Assembly: GCA_951406725.2 (NCBI GenBank)
Contig: OX597815.1
Span: forward strand, 72,788,001 to 72,852,000
Length of the DNA stretch: 64,000 nt
Origin: Octopus vulgaris
Taxonomy: Eukaryota
Direction of reading: 5' to 3'
Below the pieces are notes generated by a model. That model was not told the origin of the DNA, searched no databases, and worked only from the letters and a program-made list of their open reading frames with translations. Below are positions 46,761 to 60,492 of the stretch, one piece after another. The number at the start of each line of letters is the position of its first letter. Within the stretch, counting starts at the first letter, position 1. The position numbers and the translations under genes are program-made.

Positions 46761-49700
46761 ACAGTAGTCTACTTCCTGGCTGGTGGTGAATAATTTAGGG
46801 GATGCTACAACATGTTGCATAAATGTTAACCACAACCTAACAGAACACAAATAGTGGAGAAAGTAAGCTTCTAGAAGATCGACTCACCTGCTTGTCTTTT
46901 AAACAGGTGTTGGTGAGTGAAGAACCATATTCTGCAACCTCATCAATGTTACAAACAAAACCTTTATTTCTAAAGCAAACTAATTAATAAATTGATCTAT
47001 TTCAATTACTCGTTAATTTGCTAGAAATAAAGTTGATGAAGCAAAACCAAAGAGTATACACGGATCTGTTTTACATTACACTGCACACGTTTTACCTATG
47101 AACACACACATATTGGCCCAAGAGAATTTGCTTTTCATCACAAGTCACGAATTTCATGGAACACTGCATTTTCAATGATATATATATTAATATAAATCAT
47201 TTATAATCATGTATATGCATGTATGTACATATTATAACTCAGTTCAATATTCAACAGCTTATGCTTATAGCTACATAAGTGTAGGCATGGCTGTGTGGTT
47301 AAGAGACTAGCTTTGCAACTATGTCACTTTGGGTTCAGGTTCACTATGTGGCACCTCCAGCAAGTGTCTTCTATTGTAGCTCCTAGGTCAACCATTGCCC
47401 CGCAAGTGAATTTCATATATGAAAGTGGTGTGAAAGCCCGTTATGTGTGTGCATGTGTCTGTTTGTCCCCCTTCTACAACCACTACTTGTTTGTTTATGT
47501 CTTTATAACTTAGTGGTTCAGTAAAAGTAACCAATAGAATACACACCAGATTTGGAGAGAGAGAGAGAGAAAAAAAATCACCGGGGGTCAATTTGATCAA
47601 TTAAACGCTTCAAAGTCCAACGACTGAAACAAGTAAATAAAGATGAAAGGTAGGCTGCAGACATGGGTGTGTGGTGAAGAAGTTTGCTTTGGAACTATGT
47701 GATTTTGGGGTCACTCCTATTGCTGCACAGTACCCTGAGTAAGGGCTGTGCTCTGTTGTAAACTCTGACCACTTATCTTATGAGTGAATTTGTCAGACAG
47801 AAAGTTTACGACACCCATACACTTGTGTGTGTGAATGTTTATATTCTGCACGGAACTGGGTTACAAACAGCGTTTGTTGATAATTCCTTGTTAAGCAGTC
47901 ATCCAATAAACCTGCACTTTCGAAAACGAGTGGAATGAGAACTTCGACTTGAAAAACAAGGGTGAACAACAGGAAGGGTAGCCTGCTCTAAAACATTGCC
48001 TCAGTAATACATTTTCACTTAACCCTCCATGGTTAAATGGAAATAGACATCTAACGAGCAGATAAGCAAACAGTTACCATTAAACATGCACTAATTATAA
48101 TAACTAATTAAAAATCACTAATAAGACCATAAAAGAAAATATAGTCACTAAATATTGAGCCAAATTCTTATCTGCTCACAGTTTTAACATCTTTCAGTAA
48201 AGTCAATCGATTTAGTAAGCGGGGCCTCACATCAATGAGGGGAATTGGTGCACTGTAAAACCATTGAGACAAAGGCCCTGAAAATGGTGTGTATTCTCTA
48301 TGTCCCCTAAAATCTACTGCTGTTCAGAGCTTTTGATTAGCAGCACTTGTACAAGCAAGCTGTTTACAAATCTCCGGCATAATCAAGTTTTCATTTATAG
48401 TTGTCTTTATAGGTTAAAACATAGAAGGAACAAAAATTCAAAAACTGTAGAAGAGACATTGACAGAAAAAAATAAACAAACATACTTTATGATCCAATGG
48501 TTTGGGTCCGTAACGTAACAACTGAAACATAAATTTCATTTTGATGCGACAAGCGTGTGTATGCAGACATCTGTGTACATTCAAAACCCTTTAAATTGAT
48601 TCGCATCACCAAGATTTTCCATAGTCTGATGAAGCAGAGACCTATCTATGATCAAAGGTGCTCCGGTTAAGATCATCTTAACATTTTTGTAAGTCAGGGA
48701 CTAGACTGGTCAACATATTCTTTCTTCAAAACAGCAGGGTTGAATGGCAATGGTCATGTAGTGGCTCCTCTGTTAGTTCATACATGATGTTTATTACAGA
48801 TCCAAACATGGTAGAAAAAGACAACATTACAAAGACAGGTGCCTAAAGCCATGCGACAAAGATGTCTTGCTGTGTGATGTCTTTGACATTAAACGAAATA
48901 AAGTAGAAAGGGTGACTTGGTACAGCTTGAGAGAGGAATTTAGAGTGCAAACTAGCAGGGAAGTTTACAAGTTGAAATGCAACAGAATGTATGAGCATGG
49001 TAAAAAGCACTAAGTCACTGGATGTGAAGAAACAGCCTTAAAATAAGATTATGAAAGAAACTGCAATTATTTAAACAAGATGAACAAGAATGATAAAGGA
49101 TTTCGAAACCACAAAGAATATGAAACAAAGTACATTTGTTTTACAGGCTGAATTATTTAGCCTTAATTTCCGTTACGCTGTTTCAATTCTTATAGCTGCA
49201 ATAGCTATTTCCCTCTCTCTTTCTCACATACATATGTACTCTCTCACACACAGGCATATTTAAAGGCACACACGCACACAGAGGTTTTGTTTGAAGTGAT
49301 CACTCAAATCGGATAGAGAATACGTTTACAGTTCCGTAAATCTATCACAATCAATACAATGCATATTAACAAAAACACGATTGGTGCATGAAAATACTTG
49401 ACAGTGCAGTGTTTGACAATATCTGTAACTTACACAAACTACATTGGTCAGTTAAAGACCTACAGATTGGAGATCAAACCAACTGAAACATATAATAAAC
49501 AATTACAGCTAACTTTAAAAAAAATTGGTTGTGAGGACTGCAGGTTGTCATGGCAGTAGCGATGCACCACTTTGCATCAGTTTATTACGGAGTAAATTTA
49601 TTGATCAAATGGTGTGAAACTTTGAATGCGTAACATCCACAACTATCAAACTGAACTGCAGGAAAACTTCTGGCTATTTTAGTATCAAAGTGGTGAGTGG

Positions 49701-49793
49701 GGGAATGCAGAAACATCAGAATTTAGGATATAGGGAAATATATACAAATATATATATATTAGATACACACACACGTACATATATATATATATA

Positions 49794-49931
49794 TCTTTCT
49801 GTTGAAGAGCGTAGGCTCGAAACGTTAAAGACTTGTTTTATTTATATTTCCTGAGCGCCATACTAATACAATTGTTCGTTTGTTTTCCACCTGCCTTCGT
49901 CTTTTGTCTATTTTCATAAAGCTTCCCGTTA
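49794..49931 (+). mobile_element. short insertion in a (TA)n tract beginning with a minimal hammerhead-like motif (probable Penelope-like 3' end)
   Basis: TCTTT-CTGTTGA-A-GAGC-gtag-GCTC-GAAAC-GTT-AAAGA, followed by ~100 bp of T-rich sequence, with (TA)n on both sides. Confidence 0.6.
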
Positions 49932-52357
49932 TATATATATATATATATAGCTATGCCTAATTTGGTGAGAGAGCAAAGGCTTTTGTGAAATCCAGATGAT
50001 ACAGATCATATTTTATGATTTAACTTTCTAATTTCTTACTGAAGAATTCAAATTTTATATATACATACATATATGTCTTGTGATTGATGTACCAACCAAT
50101 CAATCAGTCAGTCAATGACCTCAGATTTATAGTTTGTATGGATCACCTGGTGTATGTAGCCTATATGGTATACTATCCTCTTCACTGGACATTCCATTAC
50201 CCAGGTGTTATCGCAGATGTTGGAGCACTGACTCAAGTATTTGCCTGGATTTCTTCAATCTCATTTTCCTTCATTATAAATATATTGATGGGTAGCCTTC
50301 AGCCTTTTCCCTCCATAGAGGTTTTTAACCCCAAATTTTAAAGTGTTATCTGCTCCAAGTTACACTTTAAAAAATAAAAGTATGCATATACACACACCCC
50401 CACATATTTATATATATATCTACACACACATACGATTTATTAGACATACAATGGAAAATGTTTAAACAGTACAATGATTGGTGTAGGTGTAAAAAATTGA
50501 AAGAGTTGATTACAACCTGTCCTGGAATAAAGTAATTCACAAGATGTAAATGATAGATAGGTACTAGATACAGGCAGCGATGAAAAGAAGAGTACTGCTG
50601 ATGAATTTGACATTTAGATCAAGGATGAAGCTTGTAACAATTTCTCTTGCCAAAAGCTGCCATATCAACAGAAGGAAGAATCTCAATAACAATGCAGGTA
50701 CAAAAACAACAACAAAGAAGTGAATAATAAAGGGTATACATACAAGATGGGAAAAGGAAACGAATGTGAATTGTTTGCAAAGAGGCCAAATGACATCAAT
50801 ACAACTTCAAGAAGAGTAATTCTTTCTGCTATATGTAATAAGTAGTAATAACGATCATTTTGCTCGAAACTAACGGCTTTGAGGTAAAATAGTTATTTAT
50901 CATGAAGGAAGCGTTAGTACAACAGTGGGCGCGAGTAACCAGTTAGTTTAAGACTATTTGGGGAGGGATTTTGCAATGTTTAATGGATTAAAAAAAAGTC
51001 AAGATGCAGAAAAAATTTCAATGTTTGAAAACAATAGTATAATAATAAAAGCAGTAATTTATTAATGAGCTAGTGATTGTATTTCAATCAGGTAAGTTTA
51101 AAATGTGGTATCGGTGTTGCTACGAATAATACTTGGAATATCCTGTGTGAATGCGAATGGATGCGTGTATAGTATTAATAATAATGACTTATTTGCCTAG
51201 CGGGCATCAGATGAGGAGGACATTACAAAGACAGTTCGCAATTTGTGCGGGGATTTACATAAATAGGGGGAGGGGTAAAGGAAAAAAGACGGTGAAAAGA
51301 GATAAAAGTATACATAATAAAGAACAGAGAAAAAGCATATTTCACTCGAATACGGAATAAATAATGCAACAATGGGAGAAAACATTCGTTTTTGATTTGG
51401 CCGACTTTCGATCGGTTGTTTATCAACCAACAGGAATATTGAGGGTGGGGATTTGCAGAAAATCGAGGCAGGAAAGCATCGGTGAAGGAACTTGACTTAA
51501 CACCGATATAGGACAGATGCGTAAGCATGTATGTACGAGTGCTTGAGTGAGCGTGTTTGACCACCGTAGTAAACGTGTTGGGACAGTTAAGGCCTTCTGA
51601 GTCGAGAAGAAGCGCCGAAACGTATACTGAAGGAGGAGGAAAGAGAGAGACAGAGAGAGAGGTGGGGGGTAAAATACCTGAAGCGTGGTAAAATAAAATG
51701 AGAAAGATGGAGGTCGAGGTTAGAAATAAACAACGATGGAGGGAGAAAGATGGGAGAGAACGAGGAAAAGGGAAGAAGCTAAGTATTGACAAAGAATTGG
51801 AGAAAAGCGGTCATAAAAAAAAAAAAAAGCTGGCCCCTGCAGTCTAGGGCAAAAATGGGTCTCGTTGCTTCCATGATGGGAGAAATAATGGCTTACAGTG
51901 AGTCAAGTATTTTTTGTGTGTTTAATGTGGTAGTTGGGAGGGGGGGAGAAGGAATGATTCTTATCAGTCGGAAGGAGGGGGGGAGGAGGAATTAATTCAA
52001 ACAACAACCGGTCATTTATTATCTTAAGTCTGCCGTCCAGGGATAAAATCTCTCTCCACGAACAGAACTGAAACAACACAGAAGATATTAATGAGAGATG
52101 GTGGCAGATAAGCAAAGAATCTTAAAAAGAAACAATTTAAATATCAAAGCAACAAAAGAAGCCCAAATAGATAAAGATACCTCATATAATAATATATATA
52201 TAAACACGCACACATGTATGTATATATAATATAAACACACACACACAACCATTAAGAAAATATGTAACTATAGTTTATAAATATATATATATATATATAT
52301 CTTTAAGAAAATTAAATACGTATACGACGCTCTAATATGGATAATATATAATATATA

Positions 52358-52389
<32 letters not shown>

Positions 52390-53124
52390 CATACATACAC
52401 ACACACACACACACACGCGCGCACCTTACGTCTACTAAAAGGTTAAACACTGATGCATACAAATATAGAAGTTTGTGTCATAATCATTAAAAATAGGTAT
52501 TTATTAATGGAGACAGAAAAGTTAATGGTTTAGAGAGATACGTGAGCTTGTTATAATTTAGATCCTAACGTCTCCGGATTGGATTTACTCCGCCCAAATG
52601 ACTTAATTAAGTCGAAATAGCCTCACTAAGGAATAAATAAAAGTAAAAAAAAAAAAAAGAAAACATTACTAAATAACCACAAAAGCAGTAATCGAAAATT
52701 ACTGGAGATGATTAAGACGGCAAACAAGTAATCATAAGAATAATAAAATATCTTAGAAACATTTAATGAATTAGAACCATTTCAATGAAAGCATATATCT
52801 TCCATCTTCGTTTTTCTGAAATAAATAATCATCACTTAAAACGGGAGTAAATGAGGTGGGGGAGGGCAGAAATATTTAGGGGTTGAAAAATAAAACCACA
52901 ACAACCGCAAGAGAGAAAAACAGAAGGAAAAGAAGAAGAAGAAGAAAAAAACAAGCAACTGCACTGAGTTTAAGTAGCCAATTTGATGGGTAGTGAGCGA
53001 TGTTTGCTTGCTTGCTTGTTTAGTTAGCTACCTAGCTCCTTATATTATTTATATATATATATATATATATATCGTGAAGTATATTTTGCCTCCTAAATGT
53101 GACGGTCCCAGAGATTTAATATTG

Positions 53125-53174
<50 letters not shown>

Positions 53175-56100
53175 GCTTGACGTGGGATTCTAAGCTTTCT
53201 TGCTTATTTTTCCCTAGCTCTGGAAGTGTAAAAGAGAAAAAGGACAGAGAGAGAGAGAGGGAGAGAAGGGACTGCATCATTCGGCCACCATCACACCAGT
53301 GACTGGGACGTCACGATGTCTCGACAACTGTTAGGAAAGAGAGAAAAAAATAAAAAGGTGATTTCTTTTATCTAGTAATTTTAGTCACGTAACCACAGCT
53401 CTGCAAGCACTGGGCTGTTTCTTCTGGAATCATTATTTTTCGATGATTACAAACAAGGACTAAAATACAGATAAAAAATTTTTTTTTTTTAAAGTATGAA
53501 TTCTTCTCCCCACAAAAGAGATTTATTTATTTAGATGTAAGTCACCGTTTAAATTAATGTGGTGATTGTGTGTGTTGCTTAATAGGATGTGAGAAGGAGG
53601 GGACCGAACCGAAACGCATCGATAATTTGTAGCTCGTCCCAAGGGGTAAGTTATCGACTCCATTTATTTTAAATACAATGACAGATGGCAAGGTAACACC
53701 GAAAACAACAGCCCCATGAGTGGTGAGGGGAACGTCAATAAAAGTGTAATAACAACAACCTTGAATAAATTAGCTAGGGGGAGAGAGAGAAAAGGGGGTA
53801 TCCAAATACAAACTAATAGGGAACAGCAAAAAAAAAATAAAAATAAAAGGTATAAAGCATTTAAAAATCTTTAAAATAATGACCCTATTATTATTATAAC
53901 TATATCTAAATTTTTTTGCCAAATTTTCACCCTCTCCTTCATTCATTAAAAATAACCAAATTAACAAACAAACAAGTAACTGTCACAAACTGAGGGCTCA
54001 CTCTGTATAATGAGGAACGTTTGGAATTGGCCCCGCATTTTGTGACCGAAGTGTTTTCAACGACTGTTTCGTACACGCTCGGAGAAGGCTAGCTTATATA
54101 TATGTGTGTGTGTGTATGTGTAGCTAACATTATTTGCCATCGGTCAGTAGTTGCCTAGAAGAAGAAGAAAAAGGATAAGTTCAGTTAAGGACATGCAAAT
54201 AAATAAATCCAAAAGAAAATAAGGACACTAATGACCAAGCCATACATTAATTGTTAATAATAATTAACACAACTCTACGTTTAACAAATAAGGAAAATCA
54301 ACTGTACCATCATATAGTATAGACAAGAGTGAATACACATTAGAAGCAGTTTGCCGATAGTCTACCATATATATATACAACATGTGCATTGGACTTCAGA
54401 AATGCATTCATTAAGCAAAGAGCGATGGGGAAGGGAAAAACCAGAGGGTGACGGTGTTAAGGGACCACATAGGAAAATAAGAAGGAACAGCGGGAGAGGT
54501 GCGCTGTCGCACAAGCAAACACCGCAAGGAAAGCTAAATAATTTTCTTCTAGTCGAGATTTAAGAAACTGGAACTGCATTTCCAAGCATTCTATGGGAAC
54601 TGATAAAATAAACAATTTGGTATCTGCAACGTTTGATATATATATATATATAATTACAAACGTATGTGTGTATGTGAGAGAGGGGGGAGAGACGAGAGTC
54701 CGCATTGTCAAACGGTTCGGAATGATCCTATAAGGTCAAAAAGAAGAAGAAAAAAAGAAATCAGTGCAAGATGAAAGAAATAGCAAAAATAACACTGTTA
54801 GAAGTAAATTGGAAATTCCTGACGCTTTTTGGTTCAGGGATCAAATCATACATACATGCTGCATGAGTGGAAACAGATGAATCATACTATATATATATAT
54901 ATACACACAATGTTTAGTTAAGGCGAAGGTGCACTTATGTATGGTCCATGTGTATTTACGATAGAATAAAGGTGTTGGAAAGAGAGTGGGGAGATAGATG
55001 AAGAAAGAGAGAATGAGAGGTATCAGAGACTAGGGATTCCATTAATGCCAAGACAATCAGTGCCCTGTTAGTAGGTTTATCTTATAGAGTTCAATAATAA
55101 TAAAGACAGAGTAGGCAGAAACAAATATGAAAAATCTTAATATTAGATCTTCCAGTCATTTGGAGTATGGAGTGGGTAAAAAAATAAATAAATAAACTCA
55201 ATCAGAACTTTTAACGAACTCCTAACGAGAAGAACCTTGAGTTTTAATGCTACAATTATTATCTTTAGATTCTGCTCTAATATTATAATAATATTTAATA
55301 ACTATTAATTGATGACAAATTATTTAGTGACAAAAGGGACTAACACAGGTAGTTGTATGTGTATATCATATATAAACACGTATAGGAAGAGAGAGAGGAA
55401 AACGAATGCTTTTCGGTTATATGGAAACATAACGTCGCTTAAGATTTCGACCCGGGCTTTCCCTGGTGATTTGTTTCCTCCCTTCCAAAACCTAACTCCC
55501 ACCAAGAATTGGCATTAAATAACTACACACTACATATACAAACACCATCGACCAACTTCACAGTTGTTAGTCACTTGCTTTTTTTAAAGTTAGTCCTACT
55601 AGCTGCTTAAATATAAAAACAGACACGTACGCCTTGTGTACGTATGTATGTATGTATGTATATATATATATATAAGTGAGTGCGTGCGCTAAAGAAGTCG
55701 GTATTGAACTATCAATTCAGACACGAAAAAAAAAATGCTTCACCTATTTAAAAATGTGAAAACGAATAATAATTTAGAATGGGGAAATCTGTTGCCGATA
55801 CAATGTTCGGGGGGTTAAATGAAACCAAGCATCAACATGACTTACCATTCCTATACAGAAATAAATGATTTTATATTTCATATACATACATATATGCACA
55901 CACACACAAATATATATATAAAATATTTTTCATACAGGAAGACTGAAAGGGAAATCGGTGCATAACCTATCATATATGCGTGTGTGTATACATATATATG
56001 CATACGTTTGAGGTTTCACATACACACATGTGTAACTGCAGTATGATTTATAAACATGTGTGCAACGACGTTTTTGTACACACGTTCTTGCACATACCTT

Positions 56101-56314
56101 CATATACTACACGTGTATGCTATGCATATGTGTATGCCGTGTATACATGCACACATACACGGGATTTTTGAATGGGAGAATGAATGTGTATGCAGATGTT
56201 CCTTTGTAAAGGCGCAAGCAGAAAAAGAACAGACTCACACATAAATAGGATCTTGTATGTATGTACAGACTCACGCATAGACAGGATCTTGTATATATAT
56301 ATATACATACATAT

Positions 56315-56351
<37 letters not shown>

Positions 56352-56827
56352 GCCACCGACCCACCGAAGATTGTATTTGTCCCTGTTCTGCTTCGATACC
56401 AAAATGTTTGTTCCCCATCGAATATTCTTTTCTTGTTCAATTTTTTTTTTATGTTTTGTTATACATACAGTTACTTTGAAAACAATTTAAATACAAGAAA
56501 ATTTAGAAAACATCATTATATAAGAACGAGGTGTTTGAGACACGGAAAAGAGAGTGAAAGAAAGAGGAAAAGAAGGAGAAATAAGAGAAATAAAAGTAAA
56601 ATAAAATAAACAAAACATATATAGCAAACAGAACACATATATATATCTCAATACAACTAATTAATAACATATAAATATATATTAAAGGGAAGAGAGATTC
56701 GCCATAGATCCTTATTTTTGTTTTTTCCTCTCTCTCATGTGTTGGTTTTTAAGGAATTTTTGTGGGTTTTTGTGGAGGGGGAGCTTTTTTTTTTTTTTGT
56801 TTTCTCTCTCTCTCTCTAGCAACTTAC

Positions 56828-57540
56828 ATTTGAAACGGTGAATTTTGATAATCCAAGGCATTTTTGTTCGGCTATGTCACGGTAATAGCAACAACGACAA
56901 CAGTAATAATAACAACAGCAACAGTAGCAGCAAGAATAAGGGAGACATTGATGCGATGATGTGCATGACATGGGGACTAACCACACGAGGCCGCCATAAC
57001 TTTATGCAAATTTCAGCGGAAGAAGGCGAAGGAGGAGGACAAGGAGGAGGAGCGAAGAGTGGGCAGAGACGAAGGAAGAGTGAAGAATACTAACGATATA
57101 AACACGAAAGGAAGGGGAGAGAGAGTAAAAGACTAATAGAGAGAGGGGAACCGCTTGCGTGAACATATGTATGTGTTCGTGTGTCTATGTGTATATATAT
57201 ATATAATACATATATATATGTACAGATATAGATATATATATATATAAGTGTGCGTGTATGTATATATGCATGTTTATCTATGTATGGTTGCGTATCTATG
57301 TATACGTGTGTGTACCCATATATATACGTATCTATGTATGTTTGCGTTAATCAGCGCGCGCACACGCGGCTCTCTTCATCAGTTGAGTAGTGGAGCGGAC
57401 CGGCAGCCTCAACTGCGCCAATACCACTGCTATCATACTGGATGCTATATTATTATAGTATATTATATACTATACGGGGGTAACTGTTGTTGATATACGC
57501 ATACAACACACTAATACTCATAATTAGTATATCGATAATA
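56828..57540 (-). promoter_or_regulatory. candidate Axin promoter / first non-coding exon
   Basis: CpG-retaining GC patches at 56985-57075 and 57350-57425; octamer ATGCAAAT at 57004-57011; CCAAT at ~57418; DRE-like TATCGATA at 57530-57537; minus-strand donor AAT|GTAAGT with GT at 56827-56826. No transcript evidence. Confidence 0.3.
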
Positions 57541-57891
57541 TATACAGAAGTAAAATTTCCTTATTCTTTCAATGAGATAATAAAAAGAAATTCTTAAACG
57601 AAAAAAAAAAAAATCCAACAAATTACAGTAGTAGCAGTAGTTTTTTTTTTTTTTTCGGGAGTAGTATCCTGCGAGGTGTGTGTGTGTGACCACATTGAAA
57701 TATATACTAAGTATACGGCAGCAAAAATGTATTTCTCTTTCTAATGAAGTATGAGCGGTTGTCGGATAGTCTGGGTGCTTGCTTCTGTGTAAGTATGTCT
57801 ATAAAGGATGCTGCTTTTAGCGGTTTCGATTTCAGCTTGAAACTGTCTCACTTCACATACGTTGTTAATGATAGCTACTGCTGAAATATAT

Positions 57892-57934
<43 letters not shown>

Positions 57935-60434
57935 AACAACAACAACAGCCATACAATTTCTGCTTTCCTCAAAATATAAGGCAATGTGCTTCGTCGCAAA
58001 CTCCATTATGAGGCAAGAAGAGAGCTACCAGTGTGCAGATACGGTTTCAATCCCTGCCTAAAAGCAATTTGATTTACAACATTGCTCGATGCTCCTAAGG
58101 AAACATGAACGTCACACAATCTTATTCAGAAAACACTGACTGTCCTCCCAGCTCGTGGCCTTGGGGTTAGGGTTTTTTTTTTTACAAAACGTCGTTATAC
58201 GTAAAGAAGTTTTATGTGGGCCGTGTATGCAACCCGGTTACTATTATATATGAATTAGACCGCTAAAGCAGTTCGGGAAAAAACAAACAAACAGAAAACA
58301 TGCACATCACAACATCCCACATTCACTTCGCTATAACTCTGAATTCCAGTGTATAACCCAAAAAAAAAAGACGTCGATATAATTTCAGACAAAAAGAAAA
58401 CTAATCTCCAGGGAACCGAGTTGACGCTCTGGTTTCGATTCTCGGAAGAAACCACTTCACTTCATTGCGACACTAAGACAACAATAATGTCGCAACGTCC
58501 CCTCCCTGATCAAACATAGTATTAAAAATATACAAGTATTTCTGCACGTGTGCTGTTGCACAATTCTTAACAACAGCATGCACGATAGTGCAAGTAAGTG
58601 AAACAGTCGGCTTCTGTTACACACGACAAACATATTGGCCTAAATATTGAATTCACACTACACATTTATGTCCACATACACAAACATATAAACACACATT
58701 ACATACATTATGTGTGTGAATATATATATATATATTATTATTATTAATATTATTATTACAATAAAATTTTATATCTTGGACATAGAGTTACCCACGATAT
58801 ATATAGCGAGAGAGAGGTTTTGTAGAAACTAACGTGAATAAGTTTGATATGTAGCATGCACGAAATTGGCTCGAGCCACTTTTGTAACTTCCTACAGATT
58901 AATAAATAAAGGTATCAAATGCATTACATAAATGTGTGTGTGTGTGTTTTATATGTATATATAGTGTACACACACATTGACGTGTATGTCTGATGTATAC
59001 ACATTAAACTGCATTGTACCACCAGGGGAATGAGTTGCTCAAAAAGATAAACAGTAGTAGTAGTAGTAATTCATTCATTCAACGAAGCCCCCTATTCCTA
59101 AAGGATGTCGTTGAACGCACAACAGTTCCCTAAGTATACGGGTGGAAAAGAGTGGAGGAGGGGACGAGATCGGGGGCGATAGACAATGGCCCAGTCCATC
59201 TAGTAACAAGACTACTACAACGGGAAGGGACAGTTCGTTGCTTATAGCAGTGAGATCTGTATATAATTGACCAGCGACGATGTGCTCAAAGCTTCCATGG
59301 CTACAGTTAATTTGGAGATGGTTGATTCCAAATTAGCTGTTGTGCGCTGGGTACATGAACACGATATCTTCAATTAATACCTAGCAACCCTAATTGGTTA
59401 TGGGGACTCCTCATCTGTATGTGCGTATTTGTCTAAAACCCCAATCAGTCTCAAAGGATCAGAGCTTGATTCTGGTTACTTGACATTTAGCTTTGACATA
59501 TTTTCATCACAGTCTGTGTACAACGAACTAAATCAGGAAGATATAGAAGTATATATAACACAGTACAAGGAAATACCCGTTCTCAATTCGAACTCAATGT
59601 TAGTAGGTGTAAACCTCGTAATTCTGTCCGCTACTACACATATACAGAGAAGACACGTAGGCCGAAAGAGCAATGGCTATTTTATTAAAAGTTTTAGTAT
59701 AAATTTTGTGATCGTTTGTGTTTCATTAAACGCAACAAAATAACTCAGTACTGCTTAGGAGGATCATATTGAGCCAAATTTTCTTAGAGAACCCAATATC
59801 AGTGCTTTAGGCACAAAACCTCGTAGGAAATAAGAGTATGTGACATGGAAATGGTTACAACTGCGAATCGAAATAGTTGTTACCACCAGCAGACATTCTT
59901 AAGATTCTAGCAAAGATTATACATATATAAAAAGAGAGAGAGAGAACTTTTGGTGAGACAACAGTGCATACATACAAGAAATAAATAGGCCATGGGAACG
60001 TACGATATATATATTAATATTATATTAGATTAGATAATTGTAGACATAAATATACCCTCGTGTATAAACTTTTTTCGTAAGGTCGTACTAATCCAGAACT
60101 TCATGTAGCATATTCAGTTTTAGATTCTTCCGCCTCTCATGGAGCATCGGGTGACGCGAGATATCTTCTAACCTAGCAAGGTTGCAAACCCTCGCTATGA
60201 ATTCCCACCCTGCCTGTCAATGGAAGGTATTTTTAATATTCCACTCCTACACAAAGTTTAGAGATGGTGAAACCACTCGTTAATAAGTATCAGTAAATAT
60301 TGCACATTGCGGAGTTCAAAGAAGAGCGCCATTCTATCGATCCATTCTATCGATCCAGCCAACATCGATAAACGATTACTTAGGTCAATTCAACCAAATA
60401 TCTATCTATCTATCTATCTTTCTCTCTATATATA

Positions 60435-60492
<58 letters not shown>

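Noticed and set aside
4200-50000. Scattered TCF/LEF sites (e.g. ATCAAAG near 5697, 11418 and 30490)
   Set aside because: A degenerate 7-mer is expected many times by chance in 46 kb of AT-rich DNA and is uninformative without conservation data.
51223-51792. 189-aa minus-strand ORF (and the 104-aa ORF at 59429-59743)
   Set aside because: Low-complexity or featureless translations with no recognisable domain or convincing splice sites.
56229-56300. 36-bp tandem duplication ACAGACTCAC.CATA.A.AGGATCTTGTAT
   Set aside because: Only two copies amid microsatellites; an ordinary slippage duplication.
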